Shown here: in pieces, positions 19,772-28,977 of the stretch
How the letters are laid out: each line of letters begins with the position of its first letter
Numbering within the stretch: position 1 is the first letter of the stretch
Assembly: GCA_903928015.1 (NCBI GenBank)
Contig: CAIYPF010000132.1
Coordinates: forward strand, 5,138-69,137
Source: an uncultured Gammaproteobacteria bacterium
GTDB lineage: Bacteria; Pseudomonadota; Gammaproteobacteria; Pseudomonadales; UBA5518
Reading direction: 5' to 3'
Length of the DNA: 64,000 bases
Position numbers and translations under genes: made by a program
The notes under the pieces: generated by a model
The model's database searches: none
What the model saw: the letters and a program-made list of their open reading frames with translations, nothing else
Told to the model about the DNA's origin: nothing

Positions 19772-20947
19772 TCAGGCGTCCAGCGTACGGCGGAAGCGCG
19801 TGAGCGCCACCGTCGCCACCACAAGCAGGAAGAGCAGCAGCGGCCATACGTGCGGCGCCACCTCGGCGAAGCCCGCACCCTTCAGCATGATCCCGCGCAC
19901 GATGCGCAGGAAATGCGTGAGCGGAAACAGCGAGCCCACGTGCTGCGCCCATTCGGGCATGCCGCGGAAGGGGAACATGAATCCCGAGAGCAGCATCGAC
20001 GGCAGGAAGAAGAAGAACGTGAGCTGCATCGCCTGCATCTGCGTGCGTGCCACGGTGGAGATCAGGTAGCCGAGCGTCGACACGCAGGCGATGAACAGCG
20101 CCAGCATGGCGCAGAGCAGCACGTACGAGCCCTGCATGGGCACTTCGAACACCCCGTGCGCCACCGCCAGGATGATCATCACCTGCACCGCGCCCATGCC
20201 CGCATAGGGCAGCACCTTGCCCAGCATCACTTCGAGCGGCGTCACCGGCAGTGCCAGCAGGTTCTCCATGGTGCCGCGTTCCACTTCGCGCGTGAGTGCC
20301 AGCGCCGGCATCATCACCATGGTCATCGTGAGGATCACGCCGAGCAGCCCCGGCACGGTGTTGTATTGCGAGATGCCTTCGGGGTTGTAGCTCCTGTGCG
20401 GCACTACCTCGAAGGGCGCCTCGCCCGCGCTCACACCGGCCGCGGCGAGGCGCTGGTGGGCGAGGGCGGTCTGCGCGAGCCCCATCGCAGCGGCGAGCGC
20501 GTTGGAGGAGGAGGCGGGATCGGTGGCGTCAGCCTCGAGCAGCACCTGCGGGCGCTCGTTGCGCAGCAGCCTGTGCGTGAAGTTTTCCGGGATCGTCACG
20601 ACGAAGGCGACGTCCCCGCGGGCGAGTTGCGCATCGCCCTCGGCCTCGCTCGCGTTCACCGACACGATGCGGAAATAGCCCGAGTTCTCGAAGGCGTTGA
20701 CGATGGCGCGCGTGTAGGCGCTGTGGTCCTGCACGAAGACCGCCGTAGGCAGGTGCTTCGGATCGCTGTTGATGGCGAAGCCGAACATCACCAGTTCCAC
20801 CAGAGGCACGCCGACGATCATGCCGAAGGTGACGCGGTCGCGCCGCAGCTGTATGAACTCCTTGATCAGCACCGCAGTGACGCGGCGCGCCGAGAGCCGC
20901 CGCAGCCTCGCGATCACGCGCGCGATCCAGCCCTGCTCAGTACCCAT
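19772..20947 (-). CDS. ABC-2 type transporter permease (YbhR/YbhS/YhhJ-like)
   Basis: 391 aa. It has an N-terminal cytoplasmic segment plus one TM helix, a large periplasmic loop, and then a 5-TM ABC-2 membrane domain. It overlaps the ATPase gene by 11 nt. Confidence 0.85.
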   Translation of the reverse strand: MGTEQGWIARVIARLRRLSARRVTAVLIKEFIQLRRDRVTFGMIVGVPLVELVMFGFAINSDPKHLPTAVFVQDHSAYTRAIVNAFENSGYFRIVSVNASEAEGDAQLARGDVAFVVTIPENFTHRLLRNERPQVLLEADATDPASSSNALAAAMGLAQTALAHQRLAAAGVSAGEAPFEVVPHRSYNPEGISQYNTVPGLLGVILTMTMVMMPALALTREVERGTMENLLALPVTPLEVMLGKVLPYAGMGAVQVMIILAVAHGVFEVPMQGSYVLLCAMLALFIACVSTLGYLISTVARTQMQAMQLTFFFFLPSMLLSGFMFPFRGMPEWAQHVGSLFPLTHFLRIVRGIMLKGAGFAEVAPHVWPLLLFLLVVATVALTRFRRTLDA

Positions 20948-21860
20948 CGGTTCGCACCTGCCGGCGCTGCATGAGATGGATGAACACGTCCTCGAGCGTG
21001 GTCTCGCCGGCGCTCCACTCGAGGTCGGGCGCGCTGCGGAAAGGCGCCACTGCCGCGAGCAGCGCCTCGCGGTCGGCGCCGGTGACGTGCAAGGTCTCCC
21101 CGAAGGGTGCGACCTGCTCCACGCCGGGCATTCTCTCCAGCTTCGAGCGCAGTTCTCCCACGCCGCTGCCGCGCACCCTCAGCGTGTGCAGTCCAGCCCG
21201 TTCGAGCAATTCCGGGATCGTACCGTCGGCGAGGATATGGCCGTCCATGATGTAGACGATGCGGTGGCAGCGCTCGGCCTCGTCCATGTAGTGCGTGGAC
21301 ACCAGCACCGTCACGCCCTCGTCGGAGAGGGCGTGTATCGCGTCCCAGAATTCGCGGCGGGCCTGCGGGTCGACGCCCGCGGTGGGTTCGTCCAGCAACA
21401 GCAGTTGCGGCTGGTGCATCACGCAGGCGGCAAGCGCCAGGCGCTGCTTCCAGCCGCCCGAGAGCGAGCCCGCGAGCTGCTTGCGGCGCGCGCCGAGACC
21501 GATGCGCTCCAGCGCCTCATCGACCTTGCGCCGGCGCGGGCTCAAGTCATACAGGCGGGCCACGAAATCGAGGTTCTCCTCGATGGTGAGGTCCTCGTAA
21601 AACGAGAAGCGCTGCGTCATGTAACCGGTCTGCAGCTTGATCAGCGCGGCCTCGCGGGTGATGTCGTAGCCGAGGCAGGTGCCGGTGGCGGCATCGGGGT
21701 TCAGCAGCCCGCACAGCATGCGGATGGTGGTGGTCTTGCCGCTGCCGTTCGGCCCGAGGAATCCGACTATCTCGCGCCGGCGCACGCGCAGCGAGATGTT
21801 GTCGACCACGGTCCGCCCGCCGAAGCGCTTGCTGAGACCGCTGACGTCGATGACGTTCAT
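20937..21860 (-). CDS. ABC transporter ATP-binding protein
   Basis: Walker A GPNGSGKTT, signature LSGGWKQRL and Walker B LLLLDEPTAGVD are present. It overlaps the HlyD gene by 4 nt. Confidence 0.9.
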   Translation of the reverse strand: MNVIDVSGLSKRFGGRTVVDNISLRVRRREIVGFLGPNGSGKTTTIRMLCGLLNPDAATGTCLGYDITREAALIKLQTGYMTQRFSFYEDLTIEENLDFVARLYDLSPRRRKVDEALERIGLGARRKQLAGSLSGGWKQRLALAACVMHQPQLLLLDEPTAGVDPQARREFWDAIHALSDEGVTVLVSTHYMDEAERCHRIVYIMDGHILADGTIPELLERAGLHTLRVRGSGVGELRSKLERMPGVEQVAPFGETLHVTGADREALLAAVAPFRSAPDLEWSAGETTLEDVFIHLMQRRQVRTDGY

Positions 21861-22810
21861 GTGCCGCCCAGTGCTGCGAGCGGTACGTCCACGATCTGCC
21901 CGGGGGAGAGTCTGGTCGCCTCGCCCAGCAGTTCTGCCTCTACCAGCACCACGAGCTTCTGGCGGCTATCGACGGAATAGATCACAGGCGGCGTGAACTC
22001 CGGACCGCTCGCGATGAAGACCACCCGAGCCTGCAGACCGCTGTCGCAGCCGTCGCAGGAAAGAGGGAGCATCTGCCCCATGCGCACCCGGCCGAGCAGC
22101 GCCTGTGGCACGAAGAACTTGAGCTTGCGGTTGTCCGGGCGCAGCAGGCTGAGCACCGGTGCGGCCGGGCCTGCGGTTTCGCCGGCGTAACGGATGATTT
22201 CTTCCACACGCCCGTTCGCGGGTGCCTTGAGCGTGCGCTGCGCGAGTCGCCACAGCGCATCCTGCTCGGCAGCGGCGGCGGCATCGACCACCCGGCGCGC
22301 GGCCTCGATTTCCTGCACGCGGGCGGCGATGCCTGCCACCTGCAGATTGGCTTCCATCTCCTGCAGTCGTGCCGAGGCCACGTTGCGCGCGGTACGCGCC
22401 TGATCGAGCGCGGACTGGCTCTGCACCTTGTGCTGCACGAGATCGCGGATGCGGTTGAGGTCGAGTTCTGCCTGCGCAAGATCGGCCCGCGCAGCGGCGC
22501 GGTTTGCCTCGATCACCGCGATCTCCTCGGCGCGCTTGCCGGTGGTGAGGTTCACGAGACGGGCGTTGGCCTCGGCGTGGCGTGCGGCGGCGGCGTCCAC
22601 CGCGAAGCGTGCGTCGTCGGTCTCCAGCACGGCGATCGTGTCGCCGCTCTTCAGCTCGTCTCCCCGGCGCACGTTGAGCGTGGCGATGCGCGCGGCCTCG
22701 ATGGGCGCCACGAACAGCGGCTCACCCTCGACGTAGCCGCTCAGCGTGGTGGCCGGGAAGCTGCAGAACATGTGGGCGATAAGGGAGAAGCTGCAGAGCC
22801 AGTCCGCCAT
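21857..22810 (-). CDS. HlyD-family periplasmic adaptor (YbhG-like)
   Basis: It has the biotinyl-lipoyl-like hairpin (RRGDELKSGDTIAVLETDD), a long coiled-coil, and a beta-barrel C-terminus (GQIVDVPL). It is the first gene of the three-gene efflux operon. Confidence 0.85.
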   Translation of the reverse strand: MADWLCSFSLIAHMFCSFPATTLSGYVEGEPLFVAPIEAARIATLNVRRGDELKSGDTIAVLETDDARFAVDAAAARHAEANARLVNLTTGKRAEEIAVIEANRAAARADLAQAELDLNRIRDLVQHKVQSQSALDQARTARNVASARLQEMEANLQVAGIAARVQEIEAARRVVDAAAAAEQDALWRLAQRTLKAPANGRVEEIIRYAGETAGPAAPVLSLLRPDNRKLKFFVPQALLGRVRMGQMLPLSCDGCDSGLQARVVFIASGPEFTPPVIYSVDSRQKLVVLVEAELLGEATRLSPGQIVDVPLAALGGT

Positions 22811-22834
22811 TCCCGACCTCGGTGTGATGTGGTG

Positions 22835-22874
22835 GGTCGCGCGCGATCGCGCTGCGGCCCCCGCGGCCGCGACC
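22835..22874 (-). terminator. GC-rich nested stem-loop downstream of the P-type ATPase gene
   Basis: GGTCGCG (22835-22841) pairs with CGCGACC (22868-22874). An inner hairpin GCGGCC-cccgc-GGCCGC lies at 22854-22870. There is no U-tract. Confidence 0.35.
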
Positions 22875-22914
22875 CCATCAGGTTAGACCATATCCGGGGC
22901 ACTGCCCGGGCGGC

Positions 22915-25215
22915 TCAGGCCGCTCGCAGGCGCAGCGCGTTGCCCACCACGGACACGGAGGAAAGGCTCATCGCCACCGCCGCGAGCATCGGCCCGGGTT
23001 GCAGGTGGAAGAGCGGGTACAGCAGGCCCGCAGCGACGGGAATGCCGAGCGCGTTGTAGATGAGCGCGAAGCCGAGGTTCTGGCGCATGTTGCGGACCGT
23101 GGCCTGCGACAGAACGCGGGCACGGACGATGCCGCCGAGATCGCCCTTCACCAGCGTGAGTTGTGCGCTGGAGATCGCCACATCGGTGCCCGTGCCCATC
23201 GCGATGCCAACGTCTGCCGAGGCGAGCGCGGGGGCGTCGTTTATGCCGTCACCGGCCATGGCCACGTGCCGGCCCTCGGACTTCAGCCGCGCAAGCAGGG
23301 CGACTTTGTCGGCCGGGCGCAACTCGCCATGGAGTTCCTGCAGGCCGAGACGTCTGCCCACCGCCGCAACGGTGTCACGGTTGTCGCCGCTCGCCACGAT
23401 GATGCGCAGTCCTGTGGCCGCCAGCGCGGCCAGCGTGGCGGCGGTGCCCGGTTTCAGGGGGTCGGCCACGGCGATCAACCCTGCGGGGTGGCCATCGACG
23501 CAGAGGTACATCACGCTCGCACCTTGCGATTGCAGGCCACCGGCGAGCCCTGCGAGCACGGTGATGTCAGTGTGTGTTTCCTGCATCAAGGCGGCGCTGC
23601 CAAGCCTGAGGCTGCTGGATTCCACGTGCCCCTCCACCCCTGCGCCTGCGAGCGCCCGGAAGTCCGTCACCGGCGCGAGTGCCAGCCCGCGTTTGCGCGC
23701 TTCCCCGACAACGGCCTGCGCGAGCGGGTGTTCGCTGGTCTGTTCCAGGCTCGCGGCAAGGCGCAAGGCCTCGTCAGCGGAGAATCCCTCGGCAGCATGC
23801 ACCGCAAGGAAAGCCGGCGCGCCCGCGGTCAGCGTGCCCGTCTTGTCCAGCACCAGCGTGTCGATGCGCGCGAGTTGCTCGATTGCCTCGGCATTGCGGA
23901 AGAGCAGCCCCGACTGCGCGGCGCGCCCCGTGGCCACCATGATCGACATGGGCGTTGCCAGCCCCAACGCGCAGGGGCAGGCGATGATCAGCACCGCCAC
24001 GCCGTTCAGCACCGCGTGGGTCCAGGAGGGTTCGGGCCCGAAGAGGCCCCAGCCCAGGAAGCTGAGCAGTGCGATCAGCAACACGGCGGGCACGAAGCGC
24101 CCTGCCACGCGATCTGCGAGGCGCTGCATGGGCGCGCGCGAATGACGCGCCTGCGCCACCAGCCCCACGATCTGCGCGAGCACGGTGTCCGAGCCCACAG
24201 CCGTGGCGCGCAACAGCAAGGTTCCGCTGCCGTTCTGCGTGGCGCCGATCACGCGGTCGCCGGGCTGCTTTTCAACCGGCATGGATTCGCCGGTGAGCAT
24301 CGACTCGTCTACACCCGATTTCCCCTCGATGACCTCGCCGTCCACCGGCACTTTCGCGCCGGGCCGCACGCGCAGGCGATCGCCGGGACGCAGTGCCGAC
24401 AGCGGGACTTCTTCTTCGATCCCGTCTGCGCTCACGCGGCGGGCCGTCTCCGGCGCGAGTCGCAGCAGTGCCTGCAGGGCCGAAGAGGTGCCCGCGCGTG
24501 CGCGCAGTTCCAGCACCTGCCCGAGCAGTGTGAGCGTGACGATCGACGCTGCGGCCTCGAAATACACGGCCACCGCGCCGTGCTCGCGGAATCCATCGGG
24601 AAAAATCCCGGGTGCCAGCGTTGCGGCAACGCTGTAACCGAAGGCCGCTCCCACGCCCGTGCCTATCAGGGTCCACATATCGGGGCTGCGGTGCAGGATC
24701 GATTGCGCCCAGCGTTCGAAGATCGGCCATCCTGCCCACAGCACCACGGGGGAGGCGAGCAGCAACTGCAGTGGATTGCGCCATTGCGCGTCCAGCCAGT
24801 TGCCGCCGTGCCCGGACATGGCGATCAGCATCAGCAGCAGCGACAGCGGCAGCGAGCAGAGAAAGCGTTGCTGCATGTCCTGCAGTTCCGGATCCTTCTG
24901 CCCGCTGGTGTCCGGCAGCACGGGCTCCAGCGACATGCCGCAGCGAGGGCAGCGTCCGGGCGCTTGCTGGAGGATCTCCGGGTGCATGGGGCAGGTGTAG
25001 GTGCTGCCTGGAGGAGCCGCTGGAACTGCCGCCGCAAGCGGGGCAAGGAATCTGGCAGGATCGGCCTCGAAGCGCGCGCAGCAGCCCGCGCTGCAGAAAA
25101 GATATGCCTCGCCCGCGTGCACGGTTCTGTGTGCTGAAGACGCGGCTACGTTCATGCCGCAGACGGGATCCACGCCCCCGCCTGCAGCCGTGGCCGCCGG
25201 GTGATCCGTGTGCAT
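22915..25215 (-). CDS. copA: heavy-metal (Cu+-type) translocating P1B-type ATPase
   Basis: Motifs: CPC ([13 protein letters not shown]), phosphorylation site DKTGTLT, and GDGINDAP. The N-terminal metal-binding modules are DPVCGMNV...LFCSAGC (YHS/TRASH-like) and CPMHPE...CPRCGM. Confidence 0.9.
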   Translation of the reverse strand: MHTDHPAATAAGGGVDPVCGMNVAASSAHRTVHAGEAYLFCSAGCCARFEADPARFLAPLAAAVPAAPPGSTYTCPMHPEILQQAPGRCPRCGMSLEPVLPDTSGQKDPELQDMQQRFLCSLPLSLLLMLIAMSGHGGNWLDAQWRNPLQLLLASPVVLWAGWPIFERWAQSILHRSPDMWTLIGTGVGAAFGYSVAATLAPGIFPDGFREHGAVAVYFEAAASIVTLTLLGQVLELRARAGTSSALQALLRLAPETARRVSADGIEEEVPLSALRPGDRLRVRPGAKVPVDGEVIEGKSGVDESMLTGESMPVEKQPGDRVIGATQNGSGTLLLRATAVGSDTVLAQIVGLVAQARHSRAPMQRLADRVAGRFVPAVLLIALLSFLGWGLFGPEPSWTHAVLNGVAVLIIACPCALGLATPMSIMVATGRAAQSGLLFRNAEAIEQLARIDTLVLDKTGTLTAGAPAFLAVHAAEGFSADEALRLAASLEQTSEHPLAQAVVGEARKRGLALAPVTDFRALAGAGVEGHVESSSLRLGSAALMQETHTDITVLAGLAGGLQSQGASVMYLCVDGHPAGLIAVADPLKPGTAATLAALAATGLRIIVASGDNRDTVAAVGRRLGLQELHGELRPADKVALLARLKSEGRHVAMAGDGINDAPALASADVGIAMGTGTDVAISSAQLTLVKGDLGGIVRARVLSQATVRNMRQNLGFALIYNALGIPVAAGLLYPLFHLQPGPMLAAVAMSLSSVSVVGNALRLRAA

Positions 25216-25380
25216 GAGCTGCCTCCCCGTGAAAGCTGGGCGTCACACTACGACACCACGCGCAGTTCCGGTTCCTGCCTGCCTGTGTCGTCGCTGTTCG
25301 CCTGACGTGGATCAAGCACTGCCGTGCTAGTCTGCGCGCCCCTCACGCGTGGCGCTGGCGCGCTGTTTTCCGGAGACCGC

Positions 25381-26040
25381 ATGAACCGCAGCCGTTTCAC
25401 AGCCGTTTTTTCCGCGTGCCTGTTGCTGGGCACCGGCACACCATCGCTTGCGGCAGTCGTGTCCATAGCGGACGCCCGCGCATCAGGCGGCAACGTTGTG
25501 AGCATCCGCGGCACGGTCACCGTGCCGGCGGGTGCCTTTGCATCCTCTACCTTCGATCAGGGCTTCGGACTGCAGGACGAAACCGGCGGCATCTACGTCA
25601 CGATGAGCGACAACGCCGGCCTGATCGCGGGCCGCCACGTGCGCGTCACGGGCACTCTGGGTGACGACGGCTACGGACTTGCCGTTTTCCAGGTGGCGGC
25701 TGCCAGTGACGTGCGCGCCGCGGTGCCTGCGCCGGATCCGGCGCCCCGCACTGTCACCACGGGCGAACTTGGCGAGGCCACCGAAGGTGTGTTGCTCGAT
25801 GTGAGCGGCACCATCACGCGCGGCCCCAACAACGACATGCCTTACGGATACAGCGTGTTCATCGACGACGGCAGCGGCGAGACGCAGGTCTTCATCCCTG
25901 CCTCCACCGGTGTGAATCCGTTTCGCATTCCCTTCCTCAAGACCGGCAATCGCATCGGCGTCACCGGCTTTGGCGGGCAGTACCAGAGCCAGTACGAGGT
26001 GCTCCCGCGCTTCCGTGCGGATATCCGCAAACTCCCCTGA
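25381..26040 (+). CDS. secreted hypothetical protein with two tandem OB-fold-like repeats
   Basis: ATG at 25381 (RBS ggaga) gives the signal peptide MNRSRFTAVFSACLLLGTGTPSLAA. Two related halves are visible (VSIRGTVTV...GFGLQDETGGIYV...VRVTGTLG and LDVSGTITR...YSVFIDDGSGETQVFI...IGVTGFGG). Confidence 0.6.
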   Translation: MNRSRFTAVFSACLLLGTGTPSLAAVVSIADARASGGNVVSIRGTVTVPAGAFASSTFDQGFGLQDETGGIYVTMSDNAGLIAGRHVRVTGTLGDDGYGLAVFQVAAASDVRAAVPAPDPAPRTVTTGELGEATEGVLLDVSGTITRGPNNDMPYGYSVFIDDGSGETQVFIPASTGVNPFRIPFLKTGNRIGVTGFGGQYQSQYEVLPRFRADIRKLP

Positions 26041-26080
26041 TCCTGCTGCAGGTTTTTACGGGAAGCCCGAGCCGGTTTTG

Positions 26081-26845
26081 CTAGATGTGATAGGTCTCGG
26101 TATTGCCGTCGACGCCTATCGCCTGGCCGTTGATCATCCTGGCGGCCGGTGATGCCAGGAACAGGGCGAGATCCGCGATCTCCGAGGCCTCGACGAAGCG
26201 CTTGATGGATTGCCCCGACAGGTACTCCGCCGTTACCTGCTCCGGCGTGATGCCACGCAGTTGTGCCTCGGCGGCGATCACGCGATCCATGCGATCGCCC
26301 CTGACTGTGCCCGGGCAGATGCAGTTGCAGCGCACATCGTGTGGGCCGAACTCGATCGCCAGCGATTTCGTGAGCCCTACGATCGCCCATTTGGCCGCCG
26401 CATACGGCGTGCGCATGCCGAAGCCGAAGACCCCCGCCATCGACGAGACATTGATCACGCATCCGCTTCGCTGGGCTTTGAGGAGCCCTGCCACCCGTCG
26501 CGTGCAGCGGAAGTGCGAGTCCAGGCTCACCGACAGGCACTGATCCCACTCCTGCGGCTCGATGTCCTCGATGAATGCCGTCGGGCCTTTGGTGCCCGCG
26601 TTGTTCACCAGCACGTCCACGCCGCCCAGATCAGCAACTGCGGCATCGACCCAGGCGTCTATCGCTGCCCCATCGCAGAGGTCGACTCGGGTGGCGACGG
26701 CTCTGGGAAATTCCGTACGGAAAGAGGCCAGTGCCGATGCATCGACGTCGCAGATGTGAACGCGTGCGCCGTTGCCGATAAAGGCGGCTGCGATCGAGCG
26801 GCCTATGCCGGCGGCGGCTGCGGTGATGAGGACGCGCTGATGCAT
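26081..26845 (-). CDS. SDR-family oxidoreductase
   Basis: The ATG at 26845 gives MHQRVLITAAAAGIGRSIA (TGxxxGIG-type motif), then NNAG and the catalytic YAAAKWA (YxxxK). A longer start at 26887 is possible. Confidence 0.85.
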   Translation of the reverse strand: MHQRVLITAAAAGIGRSIAAAFIGNGARVHICDVDASALASFRTEFPRAVATRVDLCDGAAIDAWVDAAVADLGGVDVLVNNAGTKGPTAFIEDIEPQEWDQCLSVSLDSHFRCTRRVAGLLKAQRSGCVINVSSMAGVFGFGMRTPYAAAKWAIVGLTKSLAIEFGPHDVRCNCICPGTVRGDRMDRVIAAEAQLRGITPEQVTAEYLSGQSIKRFVEASEIADLALFLASPAARMINGQAIGVDGNTETYHI

Positions 26846-27016
26846 CGGAGGTCTCTCTGGTGAGGGATTTTGCTGCTGTGCGGGCATGTTAACCCGCTGC
26901 AGAGGCGTGACGCAGCAGCCTGCCGGTGCCTGATCCTCGTCCGCGCTTGCGCGTATGTGCACGGCGGCATGGTCTTGGTTCACTGGACGCTGGCAAGAGT
27001 GTTCGTGGAGGAGCGT

Positions 27017-27328
27017 ATGGGCGGTTCAACCCTCAGCATGAAAGAGCGGCTGTCGTCGCGCGGGGCGTCGCCTCCCTCGCGTCCTCCGCCTGCGAGCGAC
27101 CGGCGAAACCCCGGGCGCAACGAGAAGGCCGATTTGCGCGGGCTCCTCAACGTCGAGCAGAGCCATCAACTGCGCGCGATCGAGAGTTATGGCTGGAGGC
27201 TTGCCTTCGTACGCCGGCCGTTGTTCCTCGAGGCGGTGCCTGTGGTCGAGTCCCCTGACGGTTCCAGGCGCTGCATCCTCGGTGTCGGCGGCGAACTCGA
27301 GGCCGATCCGCAACTGCCGATGCGCTGA
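27017..27328 (+). CDS. hypothetical small protein (103 aa)
   Basis: The ATG at 27017 is preceded by ggaggag. Third-position GC is high. I recognise no family. Confidence 0.4.
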   Translation: MGGSTLSMKERLSSRGASPPSRPPPASDRRNPGRNEKADLRGLLNVEQSHQLRAIESYGWRLAFVRRPLFLEAVPVVESPDGSRRCILGVGGELEADPQLPMR

Positions 27329-27466
27329 GTTCCGGGACCGCGTTCGCGGCGCCCGTCTTTACCTGTGTGTGGCGGCGCGCCTATGCTCCGCCCATGCAGG
27401 GCTTTCCTGTTTTTCTCCCCGCGCATTGCGTGCCGTCAGCGCGCAGCTGATCCGGACTCGCACCCG

Positions 27467-28966
27467 ATGCAATCGCTCAACATCGCCATTGTCGTGTTCT
27501 ATCTCGCCGCCATGCTGGCTTTCGGCTGGTGGGGCAAGTCCCGCACGCGCGACAGTACCGATTACCTGGTGGCCGGACGCCGTCTGGGGCCCTTGCTCTA
27601 CACAGGCACCATGGCGGCCGTGGTGCTTGGCGGCGCGTCAACGGTGGGTGGTGTGGGCCTAGGGTACCGCTACGGCATCTCCGGCATGTGGCTGGTGGTG
27701 GCCATCGGCGCGGGCGTCCTGCTGCTAAGCCTTTTCTTCGCGCCCACGGTGCAGCGCCTGCGCATCTTTACCGTCTCGCAGATGCTCACGCTGCGATACG
27801 GATCGCGCTCGACCCGCGTCTCCGGAATCGTGATGCTCGCCTACACACTGATGCTGAGCGCCACCTCGACGGGCGCCTATGCCACGATTTTCGTGGTGCT
27901 CTTCGGTTGGGATCGCGCCACCTGCATCGCGCTCGGAGGCGCCATCGTACTGGTCTATTCCACTGTGGGCGGCATGTGGTCCATCACGCTTGCCGACATG
28001 GCGCAGTTCATCATCAAGACGGTGGGCATCTTCTTCCTGATGCTGCCCTTCGCGCTCGATTCGGCAGGCGGTTTCGCCGGTATCGCCGAGCGCGCGCCCG
28101 AGGCCTTCTTCAGCATCACGGGCATCGGCTTCCAGACCATCGTCACCTACTTCGTGGTCTACACGCTGGGCCTGCTGATCGGGCAGGACATCTGGCAGCG
28201 TGTATTCACCGCCGCCACGCCCGGCATCGCACGCTGGGGCGGTGCCACGGCAGGGATCTACTGCATCCTCTACGGCGTGGCGGGCGCGCTGATCGGCATG
28301 GCCGCCAGCGTGATCCTGCCCGACATCGCCGCGAAGGACGATGTCTATGCGGATGTCGCCCTGAAGGTGCTTCCGGTGGGGCTGGGCGGCCTTGTGCTGG
28401 CCGCGGCAGTGGCGGCGATGATGTCCACCGCATCAGGTGCCTTGATCGCTGCCGCCACCGTGGCGCGCGCGGACGTGCTGCCAACGCTTGCAGCGTGGAT
28501 CGGTCGAAGCCAGGGCGCGCATGCGGTTGATCCTGACGCCGACGTCGCCGCCAACCGGCGCTGGGTTCTTGGTCTTGGCGTGGTGGTGATCGTGCTCGCG
28601 ATCGTGGTCCAGGACGTGGTGGCGGCGCTCACCATTTCCTACGACATCCTTGTGGGAGGCCTGCTTGTCTCGATCCTCGGTGGCCTCATGTGGCGCCGCG
28701 GCACGGGCCTTGGCGCCGGCGTCTCGATGGCGGCGGGAACACTGGTGACGCTGGGTTCGATGATCGCGTTGGAAATCCAGTCAGAGACCCGTTACGGCGG
28801 CGTCTATGCCAACGAGCCGATCTACTTCGGGTTGCTGGCCTCGGGTATCTGCTACGTCGTTTTCTCGCTGGTCTCCGCGCCCACGGAGCCTGCTGTGATG
28901 GCCGCCTGGGATGCGCGGGCATCGGGGTCGGTGATCGAGGAGATCCCGGTCTCCAGCGAGGCCTGA
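27467..28966 (+). CDS. sodium:solute symporter (SSS) family transporter
   Basis: The ATG at 27467 gives MQSLNIAIVVFYLAAMLAFGWWGKSRTRDSTDYLVAGRRLGP, which is the typical SSF N-terminus. I count about 13 hydrophobic helices. Confidence 0.9.
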   Translation: MQSLNIAIVVFYLAAMLAFGWWGKSRTRDSTDYLVAGRRLGPLLYTGTMAAVVLGGASTVGGVGLGYRYGISGMWLVVAIGAGVLLLSLFFAPTVQRLRIFTVSQMLTLRYGSRSTRVSGIVMLAYTLMLSATSTGAYATIFVVLFGWDRATCIALGGAIVLVYSTVGGMWSITLADMAQFIIKTVGIFFLMLPFALDSAGGFAGIAERAPEAFFSITGIGFQTIVTYFVVYTLGLLIGQDIWQRVFTAATPGIARWGGATAGIYCILYGVAGALIGMAASVILPDIAAKDDVYADVALKVLPVGLGGLVLAAAVAAMMSTASGALIAAATVARADVLPTLAAWIGRSQGAHAVDPDADVAANRRWVLGLGVVVIVLAIVVQDVVAALTISYDILVGGLLVSILGGLMWRRGTGLGAGVSMAAGTLVTLGSMIALEIQSETRYGGVYANEPIYFGLLASGICYVVFSLVSAPTEPAVMAAWDARASGSVIEEIPVSSEA

Positions 28967-28977
28967 GACCCTGCCTC

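Noticed and set aside
22999-25137. 712-aa plus-strand ORF
   Set aside because: It is antisense to the P-type ATPase gene, which has all canonical motifs. It is a shadow ORF.
25216-25380. MerR/CueR-type inverted-repeat operator in the copA divergent promoter region
   Set aside because: I found no convincing long-spacer promoter with a dyad-symmetric operator by eye.
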